Assembly: GCA_965198005.1 (NCBI GenBank)
Contig: CBDAOI010000004.1
Coordinates: 1,120,001-1,184,000 of the forward strand
Origin: Spirochaetia bacterium
GTDB taxonomy: Bacteria; Spirochaetota; Spirochaetia; SZUA-6; Bin103
Direction of reading: 5' to 3'
DNA length: 64,000 bases
The notes below the pieces were generated by a model, which was given only the letters and a program-made list of their open reading frames with translations, had not been told where the DNA came from and made no database searches. The position numbers were made by a program, and so were the translations under genes. Shown one piece after another: positions 10,236-20,218 of this stretch. Numbering within the stretch: position 1 is the stretch's first letter; every line of letters starts with the position of its first letter.

Positions 10236-10907
10236 TTAAGTGGTATCGAACCAACAGCCGCCTCGAAATACTAGACTCAATGGAAGCGGCGGGGGGCTCC
10301 GGGCGCGCTCCGCGACGTAGGCGAGGTGAACGCAGCCGACAACGGTGAACGCTACGGTGATACCGAGCGCGGCCTGTCTGGCCTTCTCCAGCGCGGCCAC
10401 TGAGCGCCGCAACTGCGCCAGCGCACCTTCGCCCACGCGCACCGGTGGCAAGGCGGTGAACGGCGCCAGCTCGGCCACCCACTCGTTCACCTCCAGCAGC
10501 ATCGCTGCGATGGTGTCGTCCACCCACAGCAGATGACGCGCTATGGTGCGCTCACAGGCGCTGCCGATCACCGCGTAGGCGTGGGCACGCGCGCTGCCGG
10601 CCGTGGGGTGCTTCTTCCGCAGCTCGAGCACCAGGTCGAGCCTGATGTTGCACTCGGGAATCACAAACCACGGCAGCATGCGTTTGGTGTACTGGGTGCC
10701 CGCTTCCCGCGCCCGCTCACAGATGATCACCACGATCAGGTGTTGGTGATTACTGCCGTCGGTGCACCGCACCAGGCGTTTGCAGTAGCAATGAATCACC
10801 ACCGCATGGCTCTCCCCGCACAGCACGCAGGGACGCTTGCCGCCTTCTCTGATCAGGGATTGGCGGTAGGCTTGAAAGTCGAAGCCGTCTAGTTTAGGAT
10901 GATCCAG
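10236..10907 (-). CDS. DUF6431-like zinc-binding transposon protein
   Basis: Frame is open upstream to a CTG at 10907, giving CVLC..H..IH.Y..R..R, then IIC and LPWFVIP; start uncertain. Confidence 0.55.
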   Translation of the reverse strand: MDHPKLDGFDFQAYRQSLIREGGKRPCVLCGESHAVVIHCYCKRLVRCTDGSNHQHLIVVIICERAREAGTQYTKRMLPWFVIPECNIRLDLVLELRKKHPTAGSARAHAYAVIGSACERTIARHLLWVDDTIAAMLLEVNEWVAELAPFTALPPVRVGEGALAQLRRSVAALEKARQAALGITVAFTVVGCVHLAYVAERARSPPPLPLSLVFRGGCWFDTT

Positions 10908-11058
10908 CTTTTAGGTGGGGGTCACCGTTGTACCCGGAGTAAGTACTGGCGGTGGCCCCTATCTTTTTTCGTGATCTCCGGAACGCTTCCCGGGCGAACC
11001 TATCCTACCCCCACTGGCGGATTTGTCCACATCCCGGAAATCTCACCTGGCGGGCAAC

Positions 11059-11581
11059 CTGGATGGCGTTCCCGGGACTGCTGCTGTTGCTCACGATCAT
11101 GTCCGTCGCGGGGCAGGGTCTGCCGCAGATCATCGTGGTGCTCGGGATCGCGGGCGGCGTGGGCGGCTCGCGCGTGGTCAGAGGCGCGGTGGTGGCCACC
11201 AAGGGCAACGACTTTTTTCTGGCCGCCCGGGCGGTGGGCGCGCCGACGCGACAGGTCCTGGTGCGCCACGTCCTGCCCAATATCGTGGCGCCCTTGATCA
11301 TCGTCTTCAGCATCAACGTCGGCGGTGTCATCCTGGCGGAGGCGTCGTTGAGCTTTCTGGGGTTCGGGCTGCCGATCCAGGTGCCGAGCTGGGGCGGGAT
11401 GCTGAGCCGGGAAGGGCGGCGGTTCATGGAGCAGGCGCCGCATCTGGCGCTGTGGCCCGGGCTATTCCTGACGATCGTGGTGTACAGTTTCAACATGTTG
11501 GGCGACGCCATGCGCGACCTGCTCGATCCGCGCCTGCGCGGCGGCGGCCGTCTCGGTGCCGGTGACGCCGGCCGATCCTGA
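11059..11581 (+). pseudogene. dppC-type permease C-terminal part
   Basis: WMAFPGLLLLL...EASLSFLGFG...DLLDPRLRG; ~90 codons missing next to the transposon. Confidence 0.85.
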
Positions 11582-11757
11582 CCAAGGCCGCTCTCCAGCG
11601 GTTCATCTTCCGCGCATCTGCTTCGACCAAGCTAAGGCCTGAACGTTGCGGGAGGCGGTACGGCGCTCAAGAGCTGGCTGCCGTGAACGGGTTCGGCAAG
11701 TCGAGAGGCGACCACGTTCAATCCTTCTGCCTGGTGTCGTCCAGCAACACTTGCGGT

Positions 11758-12048
11758 CTACGCTCGCAATGCCTGATCGACTGCTTCAGGATTCTCGGTA
11801 GCGACCTTCAGCAAAGCTCGAGCCGGTCCGTCGGGGCGCCGTCGCCCTTGCTCCCAATTCTGAAGCGTGGCTACGCTTACTCCGATCATGAGGGCGAACT
11901 CGGACTGCGAGCGCCGAAGCTTCTGCCGGACCGCCTTGATATCAACCGGCCTGATCTCGAAAATGCGCGATGGCTGCCGACTCCTCCGCTTGATATCGCT
12001 GGCCTCCTTGATGCTTGTCACCAACTCGCTGAAATCCTCTGCTCTCAT
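11758..12048 (-). CDS. HigA-like Xre HTH antitoxin
   Basis: SQSEFALMIGVSVATLQNWEQGRRRPDGPARALL; overlaps the toxin stop. Confidence 0.85.
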   Translation of the reverse strand: MRAEDFSELVTSIKEASDIKRRSRQPSRIFEIRPVDIKAVRQKLRRSQSEFALMIGVSVATLQNWEQGRRRPDGPARALLKVATENPEAVDQALRA

Positions 12049-12362
12049 TTGAGCTCCTCTCGAATCAGCCTCGACAGTATGCTCAACTGCGGAGGACTCA
12101 GATCTTCCCGATCGCTCTTGGTGTAGAGGAACAACAAGTAGATTGTCTCCTCGGGTTTGTCCCAGTAATACAGCAACCTCACACCACCTCGCTTACCTGT
12201 ACCCGCCACGTTCCACCGCAGTTTCCTGAGCCCTCCGGTTCCACGAATCACTGATCCCTGTTCGGGACGAAGCAGCAGAGCCAACTGCAAGGATCGATAC
12301 CTGTCGTCGGACAACAGCCTGGTTACCTGGCGGGTGAAAACCGAAGTCTCAACAAACCGCAC
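12045..12362 (-). CDS. RelE/HigB2-family toxin
   Basis: FVETSVF, IRGTGGLRKLRW..GKRGGVRLLYY, YTKSDREDL. Confidence 0.85.
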   Translation of the reverse strand: MRFVETSVFTRQVTRLLSDDRYRSLQLALLLRPEQGSVIRGTGGLRKLRWNVAGTGKRGGVRLLYYWDKPEETIYLLFLYTKSDREDLSPPQLSILSRLIREELK

Positions 12363-12409
12363 AGTAGAAGGTACGTCACTGGCGCACTGTCGTCAACACC
12401 GCCGCCGGC

Positions 12410-12545
12410 GCCTCGGCCTGGCCGCGACCACGCTGAACGTGGTGGTCGCGCTCCTGGTCGGCGGCGTGTCGGGATTCCTCGGCGGCAAGCTGGGTTTGGC
12501 GATACAGCGCTTCGTCGATGCGTGGATGGCGTTTCCGGGGCTCGG
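12410..12545 (+). pseudogene. dppC internal fragment
   Basis: GLAATTLNVVVALLVGGVSGFLGGKL.LAIQRFVDAWMAFPGL. Confidence 0.8.
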
Positions 12546-12548
12546 CAT

Positions 12549-12578
12549 TTGACGGTTTGTCGCGGCGTGTGTTACACT
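12549..12578 (+). promoter_or_regulatory. Candidate sigma70 promoter for the dppABC operon
   Basis: TTGACG-18 nt-TACACT with extended TGn. Confidence 0.5.
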
Positions 12579-12677
12579 GATGCACTGATGAATCCATGCA
12601 GTTTGGACCTGTGCGGATGATCCGCGACAACACTGCCCGGCGCTGCCACCGGTTACCTGTGACGGGGCCGGTGAGTA

Positions 12678-12696
12678 CCCCCCCCCCCCCCCCCCC
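12678..12696. repeat. C19 homopolymer tract
   Basis: 19 consecutive C. Confidence 0.9.
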
Positions 12697-12769
12697 AACT
12701 TTTCACACACACCAGAAGCACTAGCCGCTCGGGCTGATCGCGGCCCATCCCCTGCGCGCGCATTCGCGT

Positions 12770-13110
12770 GCGCGGTGCCTGCCGGCGTTGCCGGCCATTC
12801 AGATCCCTGCTGCGCCGACCACCATCCGCTGGTAGCTCACCGCCGCCTCGCGTGGCGTGGTGACGCCTGTCCCGACGCCCGTCGGGCGGTCGGCGTGTGC
12901 ACGTGTGCAAGGAGGGAAGGGATGACGCCCCGCACCGGATACGACTAACGCCGCGCGCCCGAGCGGCCGGCGTCCGACTCGGCACCTGAGGATCTGCCGC
13001 CCTCGCTTTCCGGTTGCCTGCGACTGCGCAGGCGTACCGCGGAGTGGGCGAGGGGCCGGCAGTGAGGCAAGCACTCCCGGAAACGACTCGCAAGAACGAG
13101 GAGACATCTC
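12770..13110 (+). promoter_or_regulatory. Conserved 5' leader of a dppA-type gene, copy 2, with long hairpin
   Basis: Homologous to 5990-6295; ctgccg/cggcag, ccctcgc/gcgaggg and gcctgcg/cgcaggc nested pairings. Confidence 0.6.
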
Positions 13111-14903
13111 ATGAGATACGTTCCATTCAGAAAGTGCTTCGCGGTACTGTCCGTGCTCGTCCTGACCGCAACCGGCCTCTGGGCTGCCGCCGCAGCAGAG
13201 GAGCCGGCCGCCGCGATGGAGAAGGAAATGGTGACCGACCCCGCCACCGGCAAAATGATAACCGCGCCCCAGTATGGCGGGACCATCACTTTTGCCATGT
13301 TCCAGATGCCTAGTTCGAACACGGACGCCTATATCGGGGCGGGACACGTGGCGGGAATCATAGCCGGCCTCGTTACAGAAAAGCTCGGCATCCCGGATTG
13401 GGCGGTCGATAGGAATGTCAATGCTCTCACAAGTTCAGTCCTGCCTTTGAAACACATAAACGGGAACCTGGCGGCAAGCTGGGAGACGCCCGACGACACC
13501 ACCATTGTCTTCAAGATCCGCCAGGGCATTCACTTTCATGATAAGGCCCCGGCGAACGGTCGGGAACTCGTCGCGGATGATCTTGCCTATAACTTCCAAC
13601 GAATGTTCGCTCTGGGCAGGTTCGCTGGCAAAGACCGAGCCGGTCAGGCTTGGGGAACGATGGCGTTACCCATCGAATCGGTAGAGGCCCCGACGAAACG
13701 ACGCTGGTTATCAAGTTGAGTCAGCCCGACCAGGGCGCGCTGAACTGGCTCCTTAACTGTTGCCATATGTATATTTACCCTCCCGAGGTCATCGAGCAAT
13801 ACGGCAGCGTTACGGATTGGCGGAACCTCTCTGGCACCGGACCCTTCAGGATGACCGACTTGACCGAGGGCACCTCGGTAACCTATGAAAAGAACCAGAA
13901 CTACTGGAGAAACGACGAGAAATTCCCGCAAAACCGTTTGCCCTATGCGGACAAAGTCGTAGCCCTGATGATGGTAGAAGAGGCCACCCGGCTGGCGTCC
14001 CTGCGCGCGGGCAGGATTGATTATATGGGGTTCATGGGGCCGAACACATTTGTTTCATCTGTGGACACGGCAGCGAATGTAAAGAAAACCAACCCCGAAA
14101 TCGAGCAGTGGTCCTTTGCAATTCGGTCGTTAAACTCTTTTGCAATGAACGTCCAGAAACCACCCTTTAACGACATCCGGGTGCGTCAGGCGATGCAGAT
14201 GGCCCTGGATCTGGAGACCATCCATAATTCCTACCATCAAGGCTATGGAGAATGGGAACCCATGGGGCTGAATGGGCCTGCCTGGAAAGGGTATAACAAC
14301 CCGTATGAAACGTGGCCTGCCGAGGTCAAGAAAACCTATAGCTACGACCCGGAAGGGGCAAGAAGGCTTCTGGCGGAAGCCGGCTATCCCGATGGATTCA
14401 CGACCACGTTGAACACCGATCAAAACCAGTACGATACCGGCTATCGAGAATTGGTGGCTGGCTACTGGTCCAAGATTGGGGTTGAGGTTGAGATTATTGG
14501 CCAGGACACTGCGCAAATCAACGCTCTGGTGCAGGAGCGCAGTGCGGAAGGTTTGATCGATTTCGTTGGCATCGGGGCCGACTACGGGTCGCTTGGTCAA
14601 AACTTCTTTGCTAGTGGTACCTATAATCCTGGCGGAATCAGCGATTCGGCTTTTGACAGCATGGTGGAGGCAGCCGTGGGGGCTACCAACGAGGAGGAAC
14701 AGAAGAGGCTGGCGAAAGAGGCCGATATGTACGCGATCCGGCAGCAGTGGATTATCTGGGGGCCTCGCACTCCCAACGTGCAGCTAGGCCAGCCGTGGCT
14801 GGTCGGTTATAACGGTGAAATCGGGCTGGGTGCCTGTAGTTGGCAACTCCCCTTTTCCCGCCTGTGGATTGATCAGGAGCTAAAGGAAGAAATGGGATAT
14901 TAG
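13111..14903 (+). CDS. Peptide/nickel ABC substrate-binding protein (family 5), one frameshift near 13690
   Basis: Signal peptide, PQYGGTI, LAASWE.PDDTT, GTGPF, PFNDIRVRQAMQMA; split over two ORFs at a C run (possibly a read error). Confidence 0.85.
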
Positions 14904-14978
14904 GGCTTCGGCTCTCCCGGGTTTCGTGTGGGTAACGGGTCACCTTGACCATGACCCTTGCCCACACGTGTCTGTCCC

Positions 14979-15938
14979 ATGCGAACCTATCTCATCCGGC
15001 GGGTATTGCTGCTCGTCCCCACCTTGTTGATCTTGAGTATCATCGTCTTTCTCACGGTCCGCTTGCTGCCAGGCGATGTAATCGATGCCATGCTGACGGA
15101 CTTGGAATACACGACGGTTGCCATGGACCGCGAAAGGCTGGAGCGCATGCTGGGGTTGGATGCGCCTGTCCCTATCCAGTATGCCCGCTGGATCGGCAAG
15201 CTTCTCCTGCGGGGCACCCTCGGTGAATCACTGCTTGGCGGCCATTTGACTGTAGAGGAAAAGATCATCGCGCGATTGCCCGTGACCATTCAACTGGGGT
15301 TGGTGGCCATCGTCATCGGACTCGTAATCGCACTGCCGGTGGGCATTTGGTCGGCGGTGCGCCAGGATACGGCCACCGATCATCTGGGACGCAGCATCGC
15401 CATCATCGGGCTGGCCACGCCCAATTTCTGGCTGGCGCTGATGGTGATGATCTTTCCGGCCATCTGGTGGGGTTGGTCGCCCCCGACCTTCGTGATTCCC
15501 TTCACGGAAGATCCGCTGGGCAGTCTCGGCGTGTTCGTCATCCCGGGTTTGATTCTGGGGACGTACTATTCTGCCGCCACGATGCGGATGACGCGCACGA
15601 TGATGCTGGAAGTGCTGCGGCAGGACTATATCCGCACCGCCTGGTCCAAGGGCCTCAGGGAGCGAGTGGTCGTCATGCGGCACGCCATCAAGAATGCCCT
15701 CATCCCGGTGGTGTCCCTGATCGGTCTGCAGTTGCCGGTCCTGGTCGGGGGGGCAGTGATCATCGAGAACATCTTCAACCTGCCCGGGTTGGGGCAACTG
15801 ATGGTGAACTCGCTGTCTCGCCGCGACTACCCGGTGGTTTCCGGAATCAACCTGTTCTTCGGCGCCTTCATTGTGTTCAACAACCTGTTCATCGACCTGC
15901 TGTATGCCTATTTGGATCCCCGGATCCGTTATCGCTAG
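14979..15938 (+). CDS. Peptide/nickel ABC permease (DppB-like)
   Basis: MRTYLIRR, LPGD, RTMMLEVLRQDYIRTAWSKGL, LDPRIRY. Confidence 0.9.
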   Translation: MRTYLIRRVLLLVPTLLILSIIVFLTVRLLPGDVIDAMLTDLEYTTVAMDRERLERMLGLDAPVPIQYARWIGKLLLRGTLGESLLGGHLTVEEKIIARLPVTIQLGLVAIVIGLVIALPVGIWSAVRQDTATDHLGRSIAIIGLATPNFWLALMVMIFPAIWWGWSPPTFVIPFTEDPLGSLGVFVIPGLILGTYYSAATMRMTRTMMLEVLRQDYIRTAWSKGLRERVVVMRHAIKNALIPVVSLIGLQLPVLVGGAVIIENIFNLPGLGQLMVNSLSRRDYPVVSGINLFFGAFIVFNNLFIDLLYAYLDPRIRYR

Positions 15939-15942
15939 TCTC

Positions 15943-16845
15943 ATGACCCCCGCCCCTGAATCAAAGCGACGGAACGTGGTGGCCGATTTCTTTATCCGAT
16001 TGGTCAAGGAGAAACCCATGGGCACGCTCGGCGGGGTGATCATCTTGATTGTTGTCCTAGTCAGTGTCTTTGCCGACGTGCTGACGCCTTACCATTATGA
16101 TGAACAAGATGTGGTGATCCGGCTCCAGCGCGCTTCAGCCGAGCATTTGCTGGGGACGGATCACGTGGGTCGCGACTTCTTGAGCCGCAATATTTACGGG
16201 GCGCGGATTTCCCTGCTGGTCGGTCTGGCGGCAACCAGTGTGGCTGTAGTCGTAGCGATCCTGGTCGGTGCCGTCTCGGGCTATGCTGGCGGGCGATTGG
16301 ACCTGACGGTGCAGCGCTTTGTCGACGCCTGGATGGCGATTCCGGGGCTGCTGTTGTTGTTGACCATCATGTCCATCACGGGCCAGGGGGTGTTGCAGAT
16401 CATCGTGGTCCTGGGGGTGACCGGCGGCATCAGCAACTCACGAATCATTCGCGGGGCGGTGATCGGGGTCAAGGAGAATGTGTATTTCGAGGCCGCCAAG
16501 GCGCTGGGTTCCTCACGTTGGAGAATTCTGATCCGTCACATCCTGCCCAATATCTTACCGACCGCCATCGTCATCTTCAGCATCACCATCGGCAGCGTGA
16601 TCATCGCCGAAGCGTCACTGAGCTTCCTCGGATTCGGACTGCCCATCCGGATTCCCAGTTGGGGAGGACTGCTCAGCCGGGAAGGACGCAAGTACATGGA
16701 AGTGGCGCCCTGGCTGGCGATCTGGCCGGGAGTTTTTCTGACCATTGTCGTTTATGGGCTCAACATGTTCGGCGATGCGGTGCGCGACCTGCTCGACCCG
16801 CGGCTGCGCGGCGGCGGCCGTCTCGGTGCCGGCGACGCCGCGTAG
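15943..16845 (+). CDS. Peptide/nickel ABC permease (DppC-like)
   Basis: HLLGTDHVGRD, GARISL, RHILPN, EASLSFLGFG, GDAVRDLLDPRL. Confidence 0.9.
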   Translation: MTPAPESKRRNVVADFFIRLVKEKPMGTLGGVIILIVVLVSVFADVLTPYHYDEQDVVIRLQRASAEHLLGTDHVGRDFLSRNIYGARISLLVGLAATSVAVVVAILVGAVSGYAGGRLDLTVQRFVDAWMAIPGLLLLLTIMSITGQGVLQIIVVLGVTGGISNSRIIRGAVIGVKENVYFEAAKALGSSRWRILIRHILPNILPTAIVIFSITIGSVIIAEASLSFLGFGLPIRIPSWGGLLSREGRKYMEVAPWLAIWPGVFLTIVVYGLNMFGDAVRDLLDPRLRGGGRLGAGDAA

Positions 16846-16859
16846 GCGTCGCCGGCGCG

Positions 16860-17591
16860 CACGCGGTGGAGGTGCACGCGGGTGCCGGTGGTCCGCTGCT
16901 GCGCGAACAGGTGCTCGCGCACCACATTCACGGCCTGGCCGGGTTGGCACCGGGGGCGATTCCGCCGCCGGCGCGGTCGGCCGCCAGCGCGGACGCGGTG
17001 GGCTACCTGGCGCGGCGCCTGGTGGAGCAGCCGGGCGAGATCACGCTGGTCGCAATCGGCCCGCTGACCAATGTCGCATTGCTCGCGGGCGCCCACCCCG
17101 AGGCGGTCCGCGCCGCGCGCGGGCTGGCGCTGATGGGCGGCGGAGTTCAACATCTACGCCGATCCGGAGGCCGCGCCATCGCCCTGGCGGCGCCGTTCGC
17201 AAGCCGCGTCATCGCCCCCCTCGACCTGACCCATCAGGCGCTGGCGGGCGCGCCCGAGATCGAGCGGCTGCGGGCCGCCTCCCACCCGCGGCTGGATGCG
17301 TTGGCCGACCTGCTGCAATTTGCCCGGGCATCGGAGAGCCGCCACTACGGGTTGGATGCGGCGGTGCTGCACGACCGGTGCGTGGTCGGCTATCTGATCG
17401 ACCCCGGCGCCTTCACCGGCGAGGATCTGCGCGTGGAAGTCGAGACCCGCGGTGCGCTGACCTACGGCCAGCTGGTGGTCGACGTGTGGCGCCGCACCGG
17501 CCAGCCGGCCAACGCCCACGTGCTGCGCCAGCTCGACCGCGACCGGTTCCTGGAGCTGCTGCTGAGCACGGTTGAGCGCCTCGCCGACTGA
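16860..17591 (+). pseudogene. Nucleoside hydrolase (IUNH) remnant with internal deletions
   Basis: ITLVAIGPLTNVA, LMGG, EFNIYADPEA in a shifted frame, PLDLTHQ, LHD, VET.G.LTYG; no N-terminal DxDxxxDD. Confidence 0.75.
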
Positions 17592-17629
17592 CCAGCACCC
17601 TTGCCGGACGGGCTCAGTTGAGCGCACTG

Positions 17630-17795
17630 AGCAAAATACGCTCCACTTCGTAAGCGACGAGGAATTGCTATTCAGGACCAGCGAACTGGCACGTCACGAG
17701 ACCGAGTTCACCATCTATACGATCCAACACTTGGACGAAATAGAGCGCCGCGAGCTGTACGATAGGCGCGGCTATCCGAGTCTGTTCGAGCTACC
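17630..17795 (+). pseudogene. DUF222/HNH endonuclease N-terminal fragment
   Basis: SDEELL...HLDEIERRELY.RRGYPSLF. Confidence 0.5.
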
Positions 17796-17881
17796 GCTCC
17801 GCTCCAGCCGCGGCGGGCGCTCGGTCGCAACATCAGAACGCGAGCGATAATACGTAGTCGGAGTCACGAACATACGTGCCG

Positions 17882-18045
17882 AGGTCCTGATCGGGGTGTT
17901 CACCGGCATCGTCGGCGCCGGCGGCGGATTTGTTATCGTCCCCGCCCTGGCCGTGTACGTGCGCCTGCCGATGCGGGTCGCGGTCGGCACCTCGCTCACC
18001 ATCATCGCCGCCAAGTCGCTGATCGGCTTCCTCGGCGACGTGCGA
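17882..18045 (+). pseudogene. TauE/SafE (TSUP) exporter fragment
   Basis: TGIVGAGGGFVIVPAL...AVGTSL.IIAAKSLIGFLGD. Confidence 0.7.
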
Positions 18046-18068
18046 GAATTGTCGAACAGTGGCGAGAC

Positions 18069-18497
18069 CTACCTCCGCGTATCGGGGTGTGGTATCGCTA
18101 CAACTTTGAGCTTGGTGATGCTCTGATAGTCGTCTGGGTTGACCGTATAGAGCGGCAGTCCATTGGCAATTGCCGTGGCAGCGATCAACGCGTCATAGGC
18201 ACGGGCGGCCGGCTTGCGTCCCGCACTCCGCAGGTCGGCGGCCACCTGCCCGAACGCACGCGCGGCCGCCGCATCAAACGGAATCGGTGCGAAATCGGCT
18301 TCGGCCTGCTGGACGTGGGCTTGCCTGGCCGCGCGCTCAGATTCGGTGGCCGCGATCAGGGGGCCGACTGACAGCTCCGCAAGGGAGATCGTCGTGATGG
18401 CCGACACCGCCGGGAGATGCTTTGGATCCTGCAAGCGTGGCAACAGTATCAGCGTGTTGGTGTCGAGTACGCCGCGCTGCGGTACAACGTCACTCAC
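18069..18497 (-). CDS. vapC: VapC PIN-domain toxin
   Basis: VLDTNTLI, ISLAEL, DALIAATAIANGLPLYTVNPDDY. Confidence 0.9.
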   Translation of the reverse strand: MSDVVPQRGVLDTNTLILLPRLQDPKHLPAVSAITTISLAELSVGPLIAATESERAARQAHVQQAEADFAPIPFDAAAARAFGQVAADLRSAGRKPAARAYDALIAATAIANGLPLYTVNPDDYQSITKLKVVAIPHPDTRR

Positions 18498-18730
18498 AGG
18501 GCGGGATCAAGAGTCTCATCGAGATCACGCCGGAATTCATTCACATCGACGTAGGGCAGATGTTTCCAGCTTGCGAGCAGCGTAGTCGCGTCCGGTCCGC
18601 GTGTGGGCACGGGGCCCAACTCGGCAACCGGCCGTCCGGATCGAGTTATGGTGAGCCGTTCGCCGTTGAGCACACGGTCTATCACCTCGCGCCCATGGTT
18701 TCTGAGGTCGCGGATGGTAACGCTTTCCAT
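18494..18730 (-). CDS. Phd/YefM antitoxin
   Basis: VTIRDLRN..EVIDRV.NGE...ITRSGRPVAEL; overlaps vapC. Confidence 0.85.
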   Translation of the reverse strand: MESVTIRDLRNHGREVIDRVLNGERLTITRSGRPVAELGPVPTRGPDATTLLASWKHLPYVDVNEFRRDLDETLDPAL

Positions 18731-18837
18731 GGCTCGAATAGTATCACGGGTGATACGCCGAAACAAGCTGGTTGGCAGCCTGCGTTCGACCCTTTGGGAC
18801 AATCGTTCCGGGTCTCTGTTTGATCTCTGCGCGTCAG

Positions 18838-18984
18838 CTCAAGTTCGACCTCTACCCGAAGTCGGCGGTTCCCGAGTACTGGATCGTAGACCCCGACAAC
18901 CGCCACGTGCGCCGGTATCTGTTGGCCGACGGCAGCTACCGTTACGACGGCAACTACGACGCGGCGATCGACCTCGTCTGGTAG
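18838..18984 (+). pseudogene. Uma2 family C-terminal fragment
   Basis: KFDLY...VPEYWIVDP. Confidence 0.65.
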
Positions 18985-19059
18985 CGTGTGCCGTGGCGCC
19001 CGCATGAGGACCGCTGTCGCTCACCGAAGTAGCGCCATTACGCAGTGCCTGCTGCAGGT

Positions 19060-19236
19060 CCATTCGCGCCAGCCCTGAGCGTTGCCGCCGGTGGGCGCCT
19101 GCTGCGCCTGGCGAATGCAGTCGAGCACCACGCTGCGCTCCACCGGCCGGTCGTAATCGAGCCGGCGACGGACGGCGCGGGTGGTGGTGAGCAGGTGGTC
19201 GACTACCTGCAGATCGAGCGTGTCTGGTGCAGCCAC
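19060..19236 (-). pseudogene. Nitroreductase N-terminal fragment
   Basis: DHLLTTTRAVRRRLDYDRPV...AQQAPTGGNAQGW. Confidence 0.7.
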
Positions 19237-19291
19237 CCGGCCGGGGAGGAGAGCTTGACAGCGAAGCGCAAGTGCGGTGGGCTACCGCAGC

Positions 19292-20197
19292 ATGAAGTTC
19301 GGAGCTCAGGTAAACACCTTTGGCCCACCGTGGGCCGACATCCGCGTATCCATCCAGTCGATGGAAGCTGGCCGCTGGAACAGCCTGTGGGCCGCTGACC
19401 ACTTCCTCTCGCCGTTCGGGCGGACGCAGGAGCACATGAATGCTTTCGAGAGCTTCACCGTGCTCTCGGTTGCCGCCGGGATGACCGAGCGGCTCGAGCT
19501 CGGCACGCTGGTGATGGGCAACACCTACCGCAACCCGGGGCTGGTGGCAAAGATCGCAACCAGCCTGGACCAGGCGTCCAAGGGCCGCTTCATCCTGGGG
19601 CTCGGTGCCGCCTGGTTCAAACGCGAACACGAGGCCTACGGATGGGAGTTCCCGCCGGTGAAGGAACGGTCGGACCGACTCGAGGAAGCGGCCGGCCTCA
19701 TCCGCACGCTGTTCACCGCCGACCGGCCGGTCGACCACCGGGGTAAATACTATCGGCTCGATCAGGCACCGCTTGCGCCGACCAGCTATCGGCAGCCGCA
19801 CATTCCGCTCATGATCGGTGGCAACGGCGAGCGCCGCACGCTGCGGACTCTGGCGATGTACGGCGACGTCTTCAACTTCAACGGTTGGGAGGCGGAGATG
19901 TCGCCGGAGACGGTCCAGCACAAGCTGAGCGTCCTCGCGCGTCACTGCGACGACATCGGTCGCGATCCGGCAGAGATCAGGAACACGCTTCACATGCCCC
20001 TGACCCTGACCGACGAAGGGTCCTCGGAAAGCCCTGCCACACTCGGACCCGGGTTGACGAAGGCACCCGTGAGCCTCGTTGTCGATCGCGTCGGGGCGCT
20101 GGAGCGTGTCGGGATCGCCGAGATCATATTCCAGCCACAACCCGACGTGGCGGCCCTGCAACGCCTCGACGAAGAGGTCCTCGCGGCATTCGGGTAG
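19292..20197 (+). CDS. LLM-class (luciferase-like, probably F420/flavin-dependent) oxidoreductase
   Basis: SLWAADHF, LGTLVMGNTYRNPG, GRFILGLGAAWFKREH, IGGNGERRTL. Confidence 0.9.
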   Translation: MKFGAQVNTFGPPWADIRVSIQSMEAGRWNSLWAADHFLSPFGRTQEHMNAFESFTVLSVAAGMTERLELGTLVMGNTYRNPGLVAKIATSLDQASKGRFILGLGAAWFKREHEAYGWEFPPVKERSDRLEEAAGLIRTLFTADRPVDHRGKYYRLDQAPLAPTSYRQPHIPLMIGGNGERRTLRTLAMYGDVFNFNGWEAEMSPETVQHKLSVLARHCDDIGRDPAEIRNTLHMPLTLTDEGSSESPATLGPGLTKAPVSLVVDRVGALERVGIAEIIFQPQPDVAALQRLDEEVLAAFG

Positions 20198-20218
20198 AGA
20201 GGCTGCGGATAGACGCCG

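Larger units (their letters stand above)
7321..11058 (-). mobile_element. Four-gene DDE transposon (DUF6431-like / unknown ORF / integrase-core transposase / ExeA-type AAA ATPase)
   Basis: Ends TGTTGCCGGCCAG (7321) and CTGGCGGGCAAC (11047-11058) are imperfect inverted repeats; splits dppC; four co-oriented ORFs. Confidence 0.8.

Noticed and set aside
7321-11058. CAST or Tn7-like element
   Set aside because: No Cas, TniQ or TnsA recognisable.
13680-13700. Programmed frameshift in dppA (also at 29445 and 36725)
   Set aside because: No slippery heptamer or stimulator; more likely a sequencing error or ordinary mutation.
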